64,000 bases of DNA from the human T2T-CHM13v2.0 reference genome, Homo sapiens. Location of the stretch: the NCBI RefSeq assembly GCF_009914755.1, contig NC_060947.1; one strand, written 5' to 3'. Numbering within the stretch: the first letter of the stretch is position 1; each line of letters starts with the position of its first letter. Positions 25,924 to 41,255 of this stretch are shown in pieces. The position numbers were made by a program, and so were the translations under genes. Below the pieces are notes generated by a model, which was not told the origin of the DNA, made no database searches, and saw only the letters and a program-made list of their open reading frames with translations.

Positions 25924-27183
25924 AAGACAGAGATGGAGACAGAGTCAAAGACGTGAAAGACAGAGGCATACAAATAACAGCCATCAACACAGCAGCCACA
26001 TCATTTTATGTTAGAGCTGACTGCTCAGAAAGAACAGTCTTGCTCAAAAAGATCTTGAGTGGTGATACTGCTCTTCTTTCTTCAAGCAGTATCATCCCCT
26101 ATCACTACAACTTGGATTTTGTGATACTCTCTGCTTCTCCTAGATGTACCACATAACATGGATTTATTTTAAAAATCAGGTATGTGAAATATATCTCTAT
26201 CTATCTATCTAGAGTTATTTCAAAAAGAAAAGAAAATCAGAAGACAGTTAACTTCCCTTTACTTTAACATTCTTATTTAGAAAATTGTGACACTTTTAGA
26301 GGTAACGGAAAGCACCCCTGGTGTAGCTGATGGGAAATGAAGGGTGTCATAAAACCCAGATTAGGCTGTCCTGGCAATGGGGTATGACTTATATGTATTT
26401 GTAACAACACTTTATGCAATGTATCCCTGAAGCTTAACATGTTGTAAAGATTGGTGGTTACTTGGCTCCTTCGGAGAAACAAGGAGAGGGAATTTTTTGT
26501 TCTTTCCTTGTTAAACTCTTCATCCCTTTTCCAATACATCTCATTGTGGAAAATATCAACTGGGTAAGTTTCAAATGAGGCCAGTTTTAATTGTGGCAAT
26601 TCATTGAATTCTCACTTTCCATTACCGGATTATGTGGAATGCTGGCTTTAAAAAATAAGTTAGCTGAATGTAAGAGTAGTTGCAACCTTTCTTGAATGCA
26701 CAAAATAATTGACATAGCATCTAGAGCTCTTGCAGAACATAGACCCTGATTTCTGGAGTACCATCACTCACACCAGAGATACACTGGCACCATTTTTATT
26801 TTTTATGAAAGGTCAAATATCACACCATCTCAAGAAAGTAATGTGTATATACTTTTTTATAAATAGTAATTTATTGCTGAATGGTTGCCATTTTACGAAT
26901 GCCGTCCCAAATCTCCACAAATTGAATTATTACATCCTGCCAACAAAAGAAACAGCCATGCCCATATTTTTAGATTTAAAAGTTCATTATAAAGTATGGA
27001 TAATTAAACCATTACCTTTTATTTAATTAATGATTTATACTTTCCCTTAATTATTACTTTGATTCTCACAACAAACCATTGTGGAATATTATGAGGCCCA
27101 CTGAGTTTGAATGCTGTAGGTCACATGTCTAATGGTAAAATTAAAACTGTAACCCTGGTCTCATGACTTGCAGTCTTACACCC

Positions 27184-27592
27184 TGTTGTAGTCAATAAGG
27201 TATTCACAACTATTTCAGTTTCCCTTGCAGCCATATGATAGGATTATACTTCCCTGCCCCTTTAAAGTTAGAGGTAGTCATATGGCTTGCTTTAGCCATT
27301 GAAATGTGAACAGAAGTGACTCCTGTAATTTCTTGATGGGAGCATTTAATTGCCAGTGCTCAGCTCCAGACTTTTGTTTGTCTTTCTGTAGTGATATGGA
27401 AGCATATTTCAAAATGGATCCTCCCTCAACTTGGGTCTTTGAGTGATTACCATAGACAGAGCCTCCAAACCAATATCCTACACTGAACATGAAAACTATA
27501 CAAGAAGTAAACCTTTGTTGTTTTAAGCCAATGAAATTCACATAATTTTTGTTGTTATGGCATAACCTAGCCCATTCTGACTTATAGATACA
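27184..27592 (+). mobile_element. MLT1I-like MaLR LTR
   Basis: ggattatacttccctgcccctttaaagttag...gaaatgtgaacagaagtgac...aaacctttgttgttttaagcca...cataacctagcccattctgac. Confidence 0.75.
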
Positions 27593-27785
27593 CTCTTTCT
27601 ATGGGAACAACCAGTATATTATCATTTAAGTATGTCTTCCTCATAGCTTCATATCTGTAAACCTTGTTCCTCTGGAGTCAGTACCATTTTTGCACAGCCA
27701 CATTAGTAATACTTTGTGACCACTCTCAGACTGAAGCAGTTTGAATTTGGTAGCTATCCTGAAAGGAGTGTCAGTGGCCTATTCT

Positions 27786-28452
27786 GTTTCTTTTTTAAAT
27801 TTTATTTCAGTAGTTTTTGGAGTACAGGTAGTTTTTGGTTACATGGATAAGTTCTTTAGTGGTGATTTCTGAAATTTTGGTGTACCCTTCACCTGAGCAG
27901 TGTACACTGTACCCAACTTGTAGTCTTTTATCCCTCGCTCCTCTCCCACCTTCCCCTGAGTCCCCAAAGTTCATTATAACATTCTTATGCCTTTGCATCC
28001 TCATAGCTTAGCTCTCACTTATAAGTGAGAACATACAATGTTTGCTTTTCCATTCCTGAGTTACTTCCTCAGAATAATGGCCTCCATCTCCATCCAAATG
28101 GCTGCAAAGGCCATTATTTTGTTCCATTTTATGGCTAGGTAATATTCCATGATGTATATCCACTCGTTGGTTAATAGGCACTTAGGTTGGTCCATATTTT
28201 TACATTTGTGAATTGTGCTGCTATAAATACGTATGTGTATGTGACTTTTTCATATAATGACTTCTTTTCCTTTGGGTAGATACCCACTAGTGGGACTTCT
28301 GGATTGAATGGTAGTTCTACTTTTATTTATTTAAGGAATCTCCATACTGTTTTCCACAGTGGTGGTTCTAGTTTACATTCCCACCAGCAGTATAAAGTGT
28401 TCCCTTTTCACCACATCCACACCAACATCTATTTTTTGTTATTTTTAAATTA
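27786..28452 (-). mobile_element. 5'-truncated L1PB-type element
   Basis: ggttacatggataagttctttagtggtgatttctga L1PB 3' UTR; TSD tcagtggcctattct at 27771-27785 and 28453-28467. Confidence 0.9.
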
Positions 28453-28904
28453 TCAGTGGCCTATTCTCTTTAAGTGTAGTAGTGATAGACTAATCATAGA
28501 TTCAAGGCTTGAAGCAATGTCATGAGACCAACCATTCTACCTCCCACTTTTAAGCAGGTTAGCACTTTCTATTCCCCCTTTATACATGTTTGCATCAGAA
28601 AGGAAGATATTTGATATGAAAGAGGAAGATTGTGAATTGAAGTAGAGGAGAAGAACATGGCAGTGATCACAATGCCATGCATTTGGAGATGGCCTTGCCC
28701 TATTGAGCTTAAGTGCACTTCAGGTATCATCTATGAAAGAGGAAAAGGGAGGAGAATGTGTAGGAATTGGGGAGGGAGAATACTTATCTTCAGCACCACT
28801 TTAGAACCAAAAATTCACTCTGACAAGATAGAAGTAAATGCAAAACCCATTCTTTTTCCTTGATTGATCTTACCAAATCATTCAAATCCAAAAATACAGA
28901 AAAG

Positions 28905-29040
28905 CCTATAGAACCTTAGAATCATAACCTTTATAGATGGAAGGAGCTTTAGAAATCATGTGGTTTAATTCCCTATCTTATAGATGAAGAAACTGAGACC
29001 CAGTAAGAAGAAGAGAACTGGCTCAGTTTATACATAACCA
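28905..29040 (-). mobile_element. MIR3/MIRc fragment
   Basis: tagaatcata...ggaaggagctttaga...tagatgaagaaactgagaccc. Confidence 0.65.
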
Positions 29041-29199
29041 TCTATATTTCCCAGACATATACATATGGATATCTATTTAATAAAATCCTAAAAGTATTTC
29101 ATAGCCAAGTTTCTAAATTATAAGTCTTTTTGATAGCTTGAAACATAAGCTAGGTCCTTTTTATATTGATAAATGATAATGATGATTATAAATTATTCC

Positions 29200-29404
29200 A
29201 ATTAGTTATGACATAGGAGGTTGGGCTGTGATAACAAAGAAAACTAAATACCTAGTGTCTTAAACAAGATTGAAACATATATTTCCCCTCATGTTAGTCA
29301 ATATGTAAGTAGTCCAGAGCTGATACAGTCAATCCATGTTGTGAAGGATCTAGGCTCCTTCTCTTCTTGTGGCTCCACTGTCCTCTGTTGCCCTCATCCA
29401 CATG
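29200..29404 (-). mobile_element. MLT1 (J/L-like) LTR fragment
   Basis: tagtgtcttaaacaagat...agtccagagctg...aaggatctaggctccttctc. Confidence 0.5.
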
Positions 29405-30433
29405 AGGGTAATAATCTCATATTATGGTTGATAATCTCATACTGTGGTTGAGATATGGGTGATAATGGCTTCATATGTGATCCCTTCTTGATAATAATTT
29501 ATTTTTACTTGACTTATTCTTGAAGAACATTGCCTTAGTTCAAATGGAATGTTACCTAAAATAATTAACACACTAAGCCTATCAGATCTGTTTCTGTACA
29601 TGAGAGCATTGAGAGATAAGAGCATTGATGATAAAACATGTCTACTAATTGGTAATTTGATGGTATGGTAGGGGAGGCCTGGAAGAGGCCCACAAGAACT
29701 AATCCAAAGATACCTACTCAAAATTATGTATAGGATTAAAACCCTGCTTTGCCTCTAATTTTCTCTCTTCTACTAAAGAGAAAAAAAAAGCCTTCCTTAA
29801 TGATCAGTGTCTAGATCAGATTTCAATGTCAGGTTTTTGTAAATTTTACAACTATTAATAGAAACGAAGATGTTCCAAATATGTCCATTTTCACTTATTC
29901 TTCAGAGTAAAGACACTCAGTCTGTGTACCTAATTATATAATAGGTAATAGAGATTTAGTGACATCAATTTTTCCCCGACATGTCCAATATGTATTAAAT
30001 TCTGAATACCCCTCCATGCTCTGGAACCACAAACACCCAGAAACAGATAGAAAATTATTTACAAGAAACTTTAGCATCAGGGAAAAGAAAAGGTCTGCAA
30101 GAGTGGGTGAAACTGTCAAATCCAATGAAGCAAAGAATTCCTAGAAGATTGTTTATTTTCTGAGTGAAAGTATAGATTTATGGAATGCATACGAAAGCCT
30201 AAATCAGTTTTGTGGCCAGGAAGATAGTTCATAGATGAAAATTAATTACTATTTGGTTTTAGATCCTTCTGAGGATGGTGATGACTTTTATATATTATCT
30301 TAAGTACAGGTATAACTTATTTTAAGTAAACTCAACTTTGAAAAATTCTAATTGACACAAGAACCAAGATTAGTGCTTAGTTCTATAAAAGGATTCAAAG
30401 CAGAATTCCTTAACATAGCATAGTCTTTTAGTT

Positions 30434-30653
30434 CAAGAGTCAGCAAATGATGACCTAAGGAACCAGTATGATCAGTCTTTGTTTTTGTAAATAAAGTTTT
30501 ATTTGAACACAGTTATGCCATTCATCTAGTTTATGGATTATTTATGGCCATTTTTGCACTACAATGGCAGTGTTGTAACAGTTCTGTTTGTATGACCTGC
30601 AAAGTATAAATTATTTACTATTTGGCCCTTTACAAAAAAAGTGTGCTGACCTA
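30434..30653. mobile_element. MER58A-like hAT-Charlie non-autonomous DNA transposon
   Basis: caagagtcagcaaa...tttgtaaataaagttttatttgaacacag...ttactatttggccctttacaaaaaaagtgtgctgacc, with TIR-like ends. Confidence 0.8.
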
Positions 30654-30739
30654 TACTACAGTGCATCAAAATGTTATTCATATTACATCAATTTATTTAG
30701 TTTGCAGTAATTGAACATATTTTGATATTGTTGAAGAAA

Positions 30740-32190
<1,451 letters not shown>

Positions 32191-32984
32191 AGGAAGAAGA
32201 TATAGGAGGAGACCCACTGCAGCTCCAGGCTATCAGGCCAAGCAAGCTCTGTATGGGACAGTCCCATCTTTAGTCTCTCAGGTCACTGTCAGCCAGGCTA
32301 ATCCAAAAAGAGCTGACATTTGGACTTTAGATGATAATCACGTCTGAGAATATGATTCACAGCTCAATGACACTAGCTTTCCCAGAGCTGTCTTTCTTTA
32401 GTAGGATCAACTAAGAGGAACATGTTTTAATTTTCTTTTCCATCAGGCAGAAATCACTGGAGGTCCAGTGGGAAGCTAGATAGCAAGTGGTTTTGTGGAG
32501 TGTTGAATGGTCCTTTTGCTGTCTGTGACAGCACTTGAATACACAATCAGCTCTATGTTAATGCTGTGTTTAGAGAAGTAAGATAATAGTGTTACGTAGA
32601 CTTGGTAGAAACCTGACCTTTTTTTTTCTCTATAGCAGATGGTATGATTTTGTGAGATTGCAGCAGTATACATTGCCAGATATGTGGTGGGAAAAAGCAG
32701 CATTCTATACAACATGCTAATGGGTACAATTTATTAAAACATTTTCTAACTCTTAGAGATATTAAGCAAATCACCCATTAGTGAAAAGTTAGAATTAAAG
32801 ATATGTAAGTAGGTGAGGAATCAATCAAGCATTACTAAATCTTCTGAATATATATGCCAAACTTATTTTTTGCAAAATTATTTATTTGTGTCATAAGTCA
32901 GTATATTATTTCATCCAAAATATTGTCATCACCTGAAATAAACCTGCAGTTCCAACAGTAAAAGCTGTGAGTCTCTCTTCTTAC

Positions 32985-34296
32985 TTTTAATTTTTTAATT
33001 TCCTTTTTTAATTTTTATTTTTAATTTCAGGAGTACAGGTTTGTTATATAGGTAAACTTGTGTCATGGGGGCTTGGTGTACAGATTATTTTGTCACCCTG
33101 GTATTAAGCCTAGTAGTCATTGGTTATTTTTTCGATCCTCTCCCTCCTCCCACCCTCCACCTTCTAATGGGTTCCATTGTGTGTTGTTCACCTCTATGTG
33201 TCCATGTGTTCTCATCATTTAGCTTATAAGTGAGAACATGCAGTATTTGGTTTTCTGTTTCTGTATTAATTTACTTAGGATAATGGCCTCCAGCTCTGTC
33301 CATGCTCCCACAAAAGACATGATCTCATTCTCCTTTATGGCTGCATAGTATTCCATGGTGTATATGTACCACATTTTCTTTGTCCAGTCAGTCATTGATG
33401 GGCATTTAGGTTAATTCCATGTCTTTGCTATTGTGAATAGTGCTGCAGTGAACATACACATGCACGTGTCTTTATGGTACAGCAATTTATATTACCTTGG
33501 GTATATACCCAGTAATGGGATTGCTAGGTGGAATGGTAGTTCTATTTTTAGTTATTTGAGGAATTGCTACATTGTTTTCCACAATGACTGAACTAATTTA
33601 CATTTCCACCAGCAGTGTATAAGTGTTTCCTTTTCTCCACAACCTGCTAGTATCTGCTATTTTTGACTTTTTAATAATAGCCATTCTGATTTGTGTGAGA
33701 TGGTACCTCGTTGTGGTTTTTGATTTGCATTTTTCCTAACGATTAGTGATATTAAGCTTTTTTTTCATGTTTGTTGGCCACATGTATGTCTTCTTTAGAA
33801 AAGTATCTGTTCATGTCATTTGCCCACTTTTTAATGGGGTTGTTTTTTGCTTATAAATTTAAGTTCCTTATACATACTGGATATTAGACCTCTGTGAGAT
33901 CCATAGTTTGCAAATATTTTATCTTATATTGAAGGTTGTCAGTTTACTCTGTTGATAGTTTCTTTTGCTGGGCAGAAGCTCTTTTAGATCCCATTGTCAG
34001 TTTTTGCTTTTGTTGCAATTGATTTTGGCGCCTTCCTCATGAAATCTTTGCTCATTCCTATATCTAGAATGGTATTGTGTAGGTTGTCTTCTAGGGTTTT
34101 TATTATTTTGGGTTTTACATTTAAGTCTTTGATCCATCTTGAGTTGATTTTTGTGAATGGTGTAAAGAAGGGGTCCAGTTTCAATCTTCTGCATATGCCT
34201 AGCCAGTTATCCCAGCATCATTTATTGTATAGGGAGTCCTTTACCCATTGCTTATTTTTGTTATCTTTGTCAATGATCAGAGGGTTGTAGGTGTGC
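32985..34296 (-). mobile_element. 5'-truncated L1PA13-16-type element (ORF2 C-terminus plus 3' UTR)
   Basis: ggtttgttatataggtaaacttgtgtcatgggg 3' UTR; ORF 33984-34184 [24 protein letters not shown] is L1 ORF2. Confidence 0.9.
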
Positions 34297-35703
34297 ATGT
34301 GCTGAACTTCTAGTAAGTCAATAGGTCAGCAGTATATAGTGTTCTCATGCTCTACAAGCACATCCCCATACTGGTCACCTTGTGGGTATTCAGAACGCTT
34401 TGCCCAGTCATTTTCTTTGAAGAACTTATATTCTTCTAGGGAGCTAAGACATAGTTATGTGAAAGAACACTTATGTGCAACACCTACATGACCCTACTAC
34501 CTGGTCAGTGTTAGGGCTAATAGGAAAAACTGCAGGAATGCTGCAGAAGTAGCAGATCATGTGAAAATATTGCAGAATATATAAGCCAACTATATGATTA
34601 GAGAATACAACTATCAAAAATTCATTTATTCATCAAAATTCTATCAGGTCCCTAGTATAGGCAGAGCATTTCATGTTTCCCTCATGTAAGTGTATTTTAG
34701 GAGTTGAAAAATCACCATAAAGTTTGCACTTTTTTCTTAAAAGTGAAACTAAAGTCATTGGTATGACAAGACTGACATGAAAAGTTAGTTGCAGGGAAAA
34801 AAATTACTCTATTTTATCATTGATATTCCCAAATGTCAAGTGTTATTGCAACTAGGGAGTAGGACTTTTTCCCACAATTAAAAGCTTATCCACAAGACAT
34901 GCAAGCCAAGTAAAAATCAGACAGCTGACAATACCAAGAGTCCACCTCTAACATTATTCCTGGGAGAAGCGGCTGAATATTTCAGTAGCTGATAATGGAT
35001 CTGAAAACTAAAAATTTCACCATCTTTTAAAAATGGGCCTATATGATACTACCGGAAAATTACTTCCAGAAATAATTGCCAGTAAAAGCATTCCTAAAAT
35101 TTACCTTAATATTGTCATTGAATATTGCTTGTTGGAGCAATTTGTAAAAGGATTGAACCAGATAATTTCTTCCCTTATAACTCTAAAGTCACATCTTTGC
35201 CCTCGTGCTAAATGATAATGGCACTAACACAGTATGTTATAAGATTTACCAAAGACTGTGTATGTTCTGCCACCTCATCAAGGTTATAGTTATATCAAAG
35301 AGAATCTATCTCTTTGGCTTTCTTTTTCCTCCCAATTAATAGACCCTCAATAATATTGTTGTGATTAATTTGATTGATAGCTTAGTTTCTTTTTTAAATA
35401 TTAGACATATTTTCCCTCAGCCAAAATTGACAGCATATTTTCCAGACTATACTGATCCATGAGAAAGCATGCCCTCACCCTCCTACAACCCTCACCCATT
35501 ACCCTATATTGAAGAAGTGTAAAGTCCTGGAATATAATAGTTTGTCCCCTTACTTACCACACTTTGCCACTCACCTCACCAAATCCCATCTCTTTCCCTT
35601 TCTTTGGTAGTACTTACATGGTCAAAAATGTGGTTTCTATTGCTCTGAAGTTATGTGAGCCTTGAAGAGTTCAAGATGTTCCCATTTGTAGGAAAATTTT
35701 CAC

Positions 35704-35968
35704 TTTCTTTTTATTATTATACTTTAAGTTTTAGGGTAGATGTGTACAATGTGCAGGTTAGTTACATATGTATACATGTGCCATGCTGGTGTGCTACACC
35801 CATTAACTCGTCATTTAGCATTAGGTATATCTCCTAATACTATCCCTCTCCCCTCCCCCCACCCCACAACAGTCCACAGAGTGTGATATTCCCCTTCCTG
35901 TGTCCATGTGTTCTCATTGTTCAATTCCCATCTATGAGTGAGAACGTGCGGTGTTTGGTTTTTTGTCC
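35704..35968 (-). mobile_element. Short L1PA2/L1PA3-type 3' UTR fragment
   Basis: ttattattatactttaagttttaggg...ggttagttacatatgtatacatgtgccatgctgg...cattaactcgtcatttagcattagg. Confidence 0.9.
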
Positions 35969-36750
35969 AATGCATACTTTATAATCATTTGTAACAGCAA
36001 AAAGGCTGTAAGTTCTTTTGACTAGCTTCCATGCACATGCTTATAGATCAATAAATATACAGTATTGTCTCACATTGGGGATAGTTTGTAAAACAAACTG
36101 CAGATTTTGGAGGAGGGGGTCACTTACTGTGTTCAAAGTTAAGTGATATGTCAAACATAAGGGTTATATAAGACAAGGATCATGACTGCTCAGCTTGGTT
36201 TGTTATTTTAATATTTAAATTGACATTTTTCTACAAGTACCTTTAATTATGCTTTAAATCCCTTTAAATCACTGTGACTAATATTTTTTCTGAAGAAATG
36301 CCTCAATGGGATAGGATTATTTACTTTTTAAATTTACCTCCTAAAACTCTGAATACCAAAGATAAGGAGACAGAGAAACCAAGAAAACCCTGACGCAAGT
36401 GTTTTTGGAGCTCAGTGTATGGTAAGATGCCTTTAAAGCTCTTGGCCCCTTGAAAGTGCACCACTAATAATTACAAAGGGAACAGACTAAACTCTAGTGC
36501 CAATACTTATCACACAAGCTCATACTGTTCCTATCAGTAGGATTAATAAGATACACTGAAAATCTATTAGTGATTTCCAAAGTAGATAGACTGGACCCCT
36601 GCCTTAATGCTTTTCTAAAGCCATGCGATCAATAAATATTTGTTGAATAAATGAATAAAATAATGAGTCTATGTTGCCCTCAAGGTCCATGTTGTGAAGC
36701 TATCTTGTAATTGAGATCCATTTTATGTTGACAGCTTTCTTTCTCTTCAG

Positions 36751-36823
36751 GAATTGAATCATATTGGATGGAAACTCTAGCTACTGAAGTATTCAGCCAT
36801 CTCCCCTGGGAATAATGTTAGAG
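36751..36823 (+). other. Candidate exon (73 bp) with an upstream donor at 36422
   Basis: Acceptor ctttctttctcttcag|, donor GAG|gtagac, and upstream donor ATG|gtaaga. Confidence 0.22.
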
Positions 36824-37379
36824 GTAGACTTGGTATTGCTAGATTCCTGACTTTTGTTTGGCTTGCATGTCTTGTGCATGAGCTTTCCTTTGCTGGAAAA
36901 AGTTCTACTCCCTACTTACATTTACACTTGACCTTTGGGAATATCAGTGCTAAATAGAGTGATATTTTTCCCTGCAACTAAATTTTTCTGTCTGTATTGT
37001 CATACCAGTGACTTTAGTTTCACTTTCAAGAAAAAAATATCAACCCTATGGTGATTTTGCAACCTGTAAAATTAAATTTACATGAGGAAAACAAAACTTT
37101 AAATAAAGATCATGGTTAAAAGTTTTAAAAGTGTCTTAAATTAGAAAAATATATAAAACCAAGCATATTTTCTTTTATATGCAACATTTTTCTTTATATG
37201 CAATATATAAACATATGCAACATATTTTCTTTATATGCAACATTAGCAAGCTGTGCTCTACCATGGGTTCAGTAATCTGTATTTAGTGATCACTGATTTA
37301 TCAGGCTGAGAATAAATAATACTAAATTTATTGTTGTTATTAATAAACAATAACAATTCTACTACTGCTTTTACCATTT

Positions 37380-37630
37380 ACACTACTACTAACAACCACT
37401 GAGACTTTATTATGAGACAGATACTAAGCTAATTGCCTTCTATTATCACATTTATTCTTCACAAGAAATCTGTGCAATAGGTATTCCTACTCCATATAAT
37501 AGATAAAGAACTAAGGCCCAAAGAGTAACACTAACTTGCTCAAGATCACGTAAGTATGAAGATATGAAGCCAGTACTCAATTCTGGCTCTATATAATACC
37601 ACCTATTATCCATTAGTCCATATTGCCCCA
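37380..37630 (-). mobile_element. MIR SINE
   Basis: catttattcttcacaagaaatctgtg...agataaagaactaaggcccaaagag...aacttgctcaagatcac. Confidence 0.7.
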
Positions 37631-38169
37631 GAACATCAACAAGATGATAAAATGCTTCAAAACAAAATGTTAGACTCCCTTTCTAAGCCCAAGATACATG
37701 ATTTGGGATGGCTGTGGTATCCCAACAGACATTGGTAGCTAAGAGGCCAAGATAGTCCTTGTAGCCCAGTTCTTATTCTTTTGTCTTACCATGCACACCA
37801 ATGAACAGGACCCGTATTGCTGTCTCTCTGAAACACTGTAGCACAAATTGCTTTCACAACTTCTTTATTGCGAGTAAATTGTTCAGGTAAAACCATCTTT
37901 ACACTCCACACTCAGTAGATGTGTTGGTAGATAAATCTGTGATATTGTTAAGGCTATTCAGTGGAGCATTGATAACAAATCATCTTGTGTGCTTTCCTGC
38001 CCCAAATCGCACATTTGCATCCAGTGAAATCAGGCTCAAAGAAATGGAAAAGAGATTTTAAATGGGCAGCCTCCGTTATATATAAAGAAATAGACTTGGA
38101 GAAATATATTCCTAGGCCGTGTTTATGCCTTGGTGCTAGTGGGAGGAGGAAGGCTGAAAACTGATGTTA

Positions 38170-38345
38170 AGTGAACCTCACGTGTTTTTTTTTTTTTTTT
38201 TTGCATACTTTGGTGAAGGCCACTTCCTTTGTGTCCACCAGCTGAATGACTGTACAGCTGCCAACAACATGTATCCCCCATTTACCTTAACCAGGGACCC
38301 AGGGCAGTCACCTTGACTCACTTATCAACCCTAGGGACAGCTGGG
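38170..38345. promoter_or_regulatory. Candidate enhancer (TF motif cluster in unique DNA)
   Basis: CACGTG 38179, ACTTCCT 38222, CAGCTG at 38239/38255/38338, TGACTCA 38314, CTTATCA 38321, ACCCTAGGGA 38328. Motif evidence only. Confidence 0.3.
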
Positions 38346-40952
38346 GATTTTGCTAATGCAGGATCATTTACAACAATAACAGAATAGCCCGAATTCTAAG
38401 AGCCAGCAGCAGATTTCACATTAGTACCTAATGGCTCTGCAGGACAGGACAAACAAACAAATCTGTCAAACCAAAGAATTATCAAACCAAGACCTTGAGG
38501 CTCCTCCAGGAAAGGATGCTCAGAGAGTACAGCAGAGAAAGAATCCCTAGGAGGCATTGGCAGCTCTTTTAATTTGATTGCTTTAGAATGAATTCTGCTT
38601 GGCCTCACTGGGCCAATTTTATAAAACTTAAAACACTGTACGGAAATTTTAAAAAATAAATTTAGAAAATCTCTTAATTTCCCATGCTGAGTAGGAGGGA
38701 GAACAGTAACATAATTTAAAGGGGCTTAGGCATAATTCTAAGTAATTTACATTTGGCTTGGAAACACATTCTGTAATATTTTTTTTCTTCTGTGGACTCA
38801 CCTTAGTTTTTGTTCAGACTAATATCTGAAGTAGTTGGAAGTCCCTGGATACACACCAACTGGCATAGTGAAGAGAACCTAGAAGCACGGGCTTAACCCA
38901 GAATCTAGGATGTACCATCTGCTGTAGATAAACTATAAAGGGGATTAACTTCACACAGTTATTCTGGGCTTGACTGTATTGCTACACTCATGCAATTTCT
39001 CTTTCCACAGCCTAAATATCACACTAAAAATTAGGTTCATTTCTGCACTTTAAAAATGATATTGATAGTTATGTATATGCTAATTATAAAAATCACAAGT
39101 GTTCTTTATAGAAAATTTAGAAGGTATATCAATAATGAAGAAGAAATTAAAAATTACCTATGCTTCTAGAATTTAAAGACAGGAGATGTTAATATTTCAT
39201 TATATTTTTGGACAGTTTTCATATGTAATTATAAATACAGATCATAAACGAGATTTAACTGTATATTTAATCTTTTATTCCTATTTCATTTAATAGTTTA
39301 TTATGAACATTTTCCATGTAGTTAAACATCCTTCACAAGCAAACTGGATAATGTGTGTTCTTTAACCACTTGAATATACCATAATTTATTTAATCTTTCC
39401 ACTTTTCTTGGACATTTAGGCTGTGTCTAATTTTTCAATAACATAATGATTATTATTGTAAATAAATTTCAAACTACATCTCTGCTATTTCCTTGAAGTA
39501 GGGTCTAAAATATGAATATTATGATAATAATGAGAGTATATTTGTTAAGCCTCTTGATGACATTGTTATACTGCTTTCCAGAAAGTCTGTATAATCTTAC
39601 AACCATCCAAGCAGTATATAAAATTGTTTATCTCACCATATAATCCAAGATCTAGAACATACATGTATGTGAATATTTTAAATTGAAAATAGGATTCCAA
39701 TTATTATCATTTTATTTATTTGATTTGGGTTAAGATTTAGTTTGATAGGATGATACTGGTGTTTTTTCTTGAGTTATCTACTCAGTTACTTTGCCAGCTT
39801 TTGATTTGGGGTGTTAATTTTTGCATTATTAATTTATACTATTTCTGTATATGTCAAGGATATAATCCCTTCATCTGCCATATTTGTTGCAAATTTTACG
39901 CCAGCTTCTTTGAGGAATAATTTACACACAATAAAATTCACGTATTTAAGTATAAACTTAGATAAGTTCTGATAATGGTCAGTTGTGTAACCATCACTAA
40001 AATCAATATTGTCTTGATGTAAATATCACACTGTCTTGAATGCTGTAACTTTATAGTGTATCTTAAAATATAATATTTTATGTCTTCCAATTTATTTCAA
40101 AATTTTGTTTTGCTCTTCTAAGTCTTTTGTATTTCCTACAAATTCTAGAATCAGCTTGTCAATTTCTACAATTAAAAAACCTACTTGAAATTTGGCTGGA
40201 ATTGCATTGAATCTATAGATCCATTTGGGGAGAATTGACCTGTTAACAGTAACTCTTCCACTCCAAGAACAAGATATATTTCTCCATTTATTTGAATAAT
40301 CTTTAATTGCTCTCATGTTTTATAGTTTTCAGTATATAAAATAACATGTTTTATTAAATATATTTCTAATTATTTTATATTTTTATGCTACTGAAAATAT
40401 CATTTCTTAGGGGAGAAGCCTTCAGCTTTTTACTGTCAAGTATAAGGTTAGCTGTAGATTTTTTATATATGCCATTTATCAGGTTGAGGAAGTTTCCCAG
40501 TTTGCTGAGAGGTGTTTTTTTTTTTAAATCATTAGGGTATTAAATTGTATTAAATGACTTTATGTATATATTGATTTTTTAATATATTTTGGTCTGTTCT
40601 TATAGTGAATTTCTTATTGATTTTCACAGTGTTGTAATAACACTGCATGGCATAAATCCCACGTGGTCATGAGATATCATTTTAATACACTTTTAATTCA
40701 TTTTGTTAAATTCTGTGTGTATGATCATAAGCAATATTGATATGTACTTTTTATTTCTTGAAATATCTCCTTCTGGATTTGAAATTCAGTGATACGGACT
40801 TCATAAGTTGGGAAGTTCTCATTTCTCTTCTATTTTTGGAAGAATTTGAACATAATTGGTATTATTTTTTCTTAAATTTTAGGGAAATTAACCAATGGAG
40901 CCATATTAGGTATGAAGGTTTCTTTGTGGGAAGGTTTTAACTAAGAATTCAA

Positions 40953-41255
<303 letters not shown>

